Shown piece after piece: positions 34,216-36,990 of a stretch of DNA of 36,990 nucleotides. Positions within the stretch are counted from its first letter, which is position 1, and each line of letters begins with the position of its first letter. This DNA comes from Abditibacteriaceae bacterium (GTDB lineage Bacteria > Armatimonadota > Abditibacteriia > Abditibacteriales > Abditibacteriaceae): contig JANPJS010000040.1 in NCBI GenBank assembly GCA_031425655.1, positions 1-36,990 on the forward strand, written 5' to 3'. The translations under genes were made by a program, and so were the position numbers. The notes beneath the pieces are model-generated. The model did no database searches, had not been told where the DNA came from, and saw only the letters and a program-made list of their open reading frames with translations.

Positions 34216-34647
34216 TTACAGTTCGTCAATCATGCGAATTCGTTCGATGTGGCGCCCGCCTTCAAAGGGCGTTTCGAGCCAGATTTTGACGATTTCGAGA
34301 GCAGTTTCTTCGCTGACCATACGTTGTCCGAGCGAAATGCAGTTGGCATCGTTGTGCAAACGAGACAAACGCGCCGATTCCAAATTCCAGCACACGGCGC
34401 AACGCACGCCGCGCACGCGGTTGGCGACCATCGCTTCGCCGTTGCCCGAACCGCCCAGCACAATCGCGCGCTCGGCTTCGCCATTGACGATAGCTTCGGC
34501 AGCGGGCCGCACATGAAGCGGATACGGCACAGCGGCCTCGGAGAACGCGCCTTTGTCCAACACTTCGTGGCCCAATTCCACAAGGAACTGCTTGATACGT
34601 TCCTTGTAAGCAAAACCGGCGTGGTCGGAACCGAGAGCGATCTTCAT
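34216..34647 (-). CDS. rpiB: Ribose-5-phosphate isomerase B (RpiB/LacA/LacB family)
   Basis: MKIALGSDHAG, GGSGNGE, ANRVRGVRCA, SRLHNDAN, FEGGRHIERI. Confidence 0.93.
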   Translation of the reverse strand: MKIALGSDHAGFAYKERIKQFLVELGHEVLDKGAFSEAAVPYPLHVRPAAEAIVNGEAERAIVLGGSGNGEAMVANRVRGVRCAVCWNLESARLSRLHNDANCISLGQRMVSEETALEIVKIWLETPFEGGRHIERIRMIDEL

Positions 34648-34649
34648 AA

Positions 34650-34724
34650 GAGTTTTGAGTTTTGAGTTTTGAGTTTTGAGTTGGCGGATTGGAACTCAAA
34701 ACTTAAAACTCAAAACTCATAATT
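34650..34724. repeat. Inverted heptamer tandem repeats (GAGTTTT)n / (AACTCAA)n
   Basis: GAGTTTT x4 + GAGTT (34650-34682), 10-nt loop, AACTCAA AACTTAA AACTCAA AACTCAT (34693-34720). Confidence 0.9.
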
Positions 34725-34729
34725 GCCGT

Positions 34730-35977
34730 TCAATCTTCTCGCACGATGCGGAATCCGGCGAAAGGGCCGTCGGCGAGCCACCATTTGCTTTTGGGTTTAT
34801 TGGGGTCGTGCCACGAGATTTCCTGCTTCGCGCGCCAGGCATTGTTTACTTTTTCGGCGGGCGCGGCAAACGAGCCGCCTTTCAATACGCCTTCGCCGTC
34901 GTAGCCCGTTACCCATTCACCGGCGTTGCCCAGCGTATCGTAAAGGCCCCACGCATTCGGCGCTTTTGCGCCGACAGAATGCGTCTTTTCTTCGGCATTT
35001 TCTTTAATCCAGCCCACCTTTTTCAGTTCATCAAGCGACATTTTGACGGGCGCGTTTCCAGCTAAGGCAGCGTATTCCCATTCGGCTTCGGTGGGAAGAC
35101 GGTATTTTTTGCCGGTTTTTTTCGAGAGCCACGCGCAATACATTTCCGCAGAATGGCGCGACAGACTGATGGCGGGAAAACCTTCGTGTCCGAAACCGCG
35201 ATCCGGCGCGCCATAAGGCAGGCTGGGGCGCGTTTTGCCGTCAATTTTGGCGCCTTCCTCGTCGCTCAGGTCGAGTTTGAACATGAATACGTCGAATTCA
35301 TCCCACGCCACTTCTTTCTGACCGATCCAGAACGATTTGACTGCGACTTCGTGCAACGCACCGGCATCTTTCGGGTTCGGAAGCATGACTTTGCCCGCCG
35401 GAACCTTCACCATTTTAAATTTCACCAGCGTGCCGGCGATTTTTTCTTCCTGAACCGTCACGCCCGCAGCGTTGGGCACAGCGACTACGGGCTTCATTGG
35501 CTGCGACGCGGGTTTGGCCGCCGGACTGGTCGTTGGTTTGGGGCCGGGCTTGGCGACAGGCTTGGCAGCCGCCACTCGGCTTTGAACTTGGACGGAGTTG
35601 ACGATTTTGGCGTTCGGCACCAGACGGCGAACGGTTTTTTCCGCTAATCCGCGCTGGGAAACATCGGCTACGAAACCGTTCAGAAATACGGTTTTATTGC
35701 CCCCGCTTGTGCCCACTGAAACGCGATGACCAGAGAGCGCGGATTGGGCGTTTAAGGCTTTGAGTAATGTAATCCCAAGCTGCTGAGACGGCGTTTTCGA
35801 GGCCGGTTTGCACGCTTGGCACACGGTTTTGCAAGCCGGTTTGGAAACCGCAGGCGCGGCGGTCACACTCAAAGCACTGCCAAAAGTGCAAAGAAGGGCT
35901 GTGGCTACCGCGCGAGAAGGGACGATGTTGGAAAGAACCAAGCGCATATCTTTATTGACGCCATTAAAACGGCGCAT
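34730..35977 (-). CDS. Exported BON-domain + formylglycine-generating-enzyme (SUMF1/FGE-sulfatase) fold protein lacking the FGE catalytic cysteines
   Basis: AGGAG RBS at 35977 (alternative start 35947); signal-like N-terminus; BON-like VFLNGFV...IVNSVQV; FGE motifs KMVKVPAG, FWIGQKEV, YRLPTEAEWEYAA, PNAWGLYDTLGNAGEW, LKGGSF, GFRIVR. Confidence 0.88.
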   Translation of the reverse strand: MRRFNGVNKDMRLVLSNIVPSRAVATALLCTFGSALSVTAAPAVSKPACKTVCQACKPASKTPSQQLGITLLKALNAQSALSGHRVSVGTSGGNKTVFLNGFVADVSQRGLAEKTVRRLVPNAKIVNSVQVQSRVAAAKPVAKPGPKPTTSPAAKPASQPMKPVVAVPNAAGVTVQEEKIAGTLVKFKMVKVPAGKVMLPNPKDAGALHEVAVKSFWIGQKEVAWDEFDVFMFKLDLSDEEGAKIDGKTRPSLPYGAPDRGFGHEGFPAISLSRHSAEMYCAWLSKKTGKKYRLPTEAEWEYAALAGNAPVKMSLDELKKVGWIKENAEEKTHSVGAKAPNAWGLYDTLGNAGEWVTGYDGEGVLKGGSFAAPAEKVNNAWRAKQEISWHDPNKPKSKWWLADGPFAGFRIVRED

Positions 35978-35990
35978 TATTTATCTCCTG

Positions 35991-36962
35991 ATGACGTGGG
36001 GAATTTCGCTGTGCCAGTTTACCTTGCGCGCGGAGGAGCGACAGCCGAATGTTGCTGCCAACGCCAGAATTCTTAGCTCGAAGTTAGACCGGTTCGAGTT
36101 TTCTGAGTTGCAGATGGGCGTGCGCGCTCGATTGGTGGTGTGGGCGCCTTCGCGCGAACGCGCCGAAAGCGCGTGCCGGCTGGCTTTTGCGCGCATGGCC
36201 GAACTTGAAAACAGCATGAGCGATTATCGCCCGCACAGCGAAATCAACCGTCTCGCTGCCCGCGCCGGAGGCCCGGCAGTGCCGATTAGCGCCGACTTGT
36301 TTTTCGTCCTCGCTCATGCTCAGCACATCGCGCGGCTCAGCGACGGCGCTTTCGATGTCACCATCGCGCCGCTGATTCAATTATGGCGCCGCGCCCGCAA
36401 AAGTAAAACACTGCCGCCGCCCGCCGAGCTTGCTCACGCCCGCGCGCTCGTCGGTTGGAAATACTTGCGGCTTGACCGAAAAAAACAGACTGCGCAGCTT
36501 ATCAAACACGGTATGAAACTCGATTTGGGCGGCATCGCCAAAGGCTACGCCGGCGACTGCGTGCTTGACGTTTTGCGCCGTCAGGGCATAAAACGCGCGC
36601 TTTTCGAGGCCGGAGGCGACATCGTGTTGGGCGATGCGCCGCCCGGACAGCGAGGCTGGAATATCGAAGTCGAAAACGCAGCGCCCAGCGCGCCGAAAAT
36701 GCTTTCCTTATCCAATTGCGCGGTTTCCACATCGGGCGATACCAACCAATTCGTCGTGATTGGCGGCAAGCGTTATTCGCACGTCGTCAATCCGAAAACC
36801 GGGCTGGGCCTGACCAATCGCGTCATCGTGACGGTCATCGCGCCGCGCGGCATGACAGCGGACGCGCTTTCCAAATTAGGTGTCGCCGATGAAAAGCATC
36901 GCCGCCGTTTGCTGCGCGCTTTTCCCGATGTTAAAGCGTATATTCGCCGCGTTAAATCTTAA
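35991..36962 (+). CDS. apbE: FAD:protein FMN transferase ApbE
   Basis: MG...SEINRL, SDGAFDVTIAPL, LDLGGIAKGY, EAGGDI, AVSTSGD, RYSHVVNPKTG, ADALS. Start uncertain (35925 ATG, 35955 TTG or 35991 ATG). Confidence 0.93.
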   Translation: MTWGISLCQFTLRAEERQPNVAANARILSSKLDRFEFSELQMGVRARLVVWAPSRERAESACRLAFARMAELENSMSDYRPHSEINRLAARAGGPAVPISADLFFVLAHAQHIARLSDGAFDVTIAPLIQLWRRARKSKTLPPPAELAHARALVGWKYLRLDRKKQTAQLIKHGMKLDLGGIAKGYAGDCVLDVLRRQGIKRALFEAGGDIVLGDAPPGQRGWNIEVENAAPSAPKMLSLSNCAVSTSGDTNQFVVIGGKRYSHVVNPKTGLGLTNRVIVTVIAPRGMTADALSKLGVADEKHRRRLLRAFPDVKAYIRRVKS

Positions 36963-36990
36963 GACACACCAGATGGCACCAACAAAACGG

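Noticed and set aside
32654..34724. Short repeat arrays as CRISPR
   Set aside because: Units are 7-9 nt, contiguous and inverted, with no unique spacers and no cas genes.
34730..35460. Call as a true formylglycine-generating enzyme
   Set aside because: The catalytic Cys pair after GGS is missing and no sulfatase gene is nearby.

Overview
GC-rich bacterial chromosomal window. The gene content (DUF1559/H-X9-DG prepilin-like gene, long membrane-anchored ECF sigma factor, ThuA and DUF1080 genes, an outer-membrane secretin) suggests a diderm Armatimonadota/Abditibacteriota- or PVC-like organism; this is inference. Left to right: a selenocysteine-containing selD (in-frame UGA missed by the ORF track) directly followed by tRNA-Sec; a DUF948/YtxH-like pair; an ankyrin gene and a hicB/broken-hicA cassette bounded by a duplicated dsbD 3' end; dsbD; zwf; a partial Tad pilus cluster (cpaE, cpaC, cpaB); a CorC/HlyC protein; tRNA-Thr(CGT); a CpsB phosphatase; a MITE/REPIN-like element; PAP2; an ECF sigma factor; and a prepilin-like gene split by an in-frame UGA in a UxxC context. 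The last ~17 kb is a carbohydrate region: GH4, cupin, ketose 3-epimerase-like, three ThuA-type genes, GH30+ricin, GH76, DUF1080, MFS, a Tat-exported Gfo/Idh/MocA, rpiB, a BON+FGE-fold protein and a divergent apbE. The best candidates for something new are (i) an ApbE-linked extracytoplasmic sugar-oxidation module whose FGE-fold protein carries a variant flavinylation-like motif and (ii) a possible UGA-readthrough pilin-like protein. No CRISPR array, rRNA, integrase or transposase was seen.
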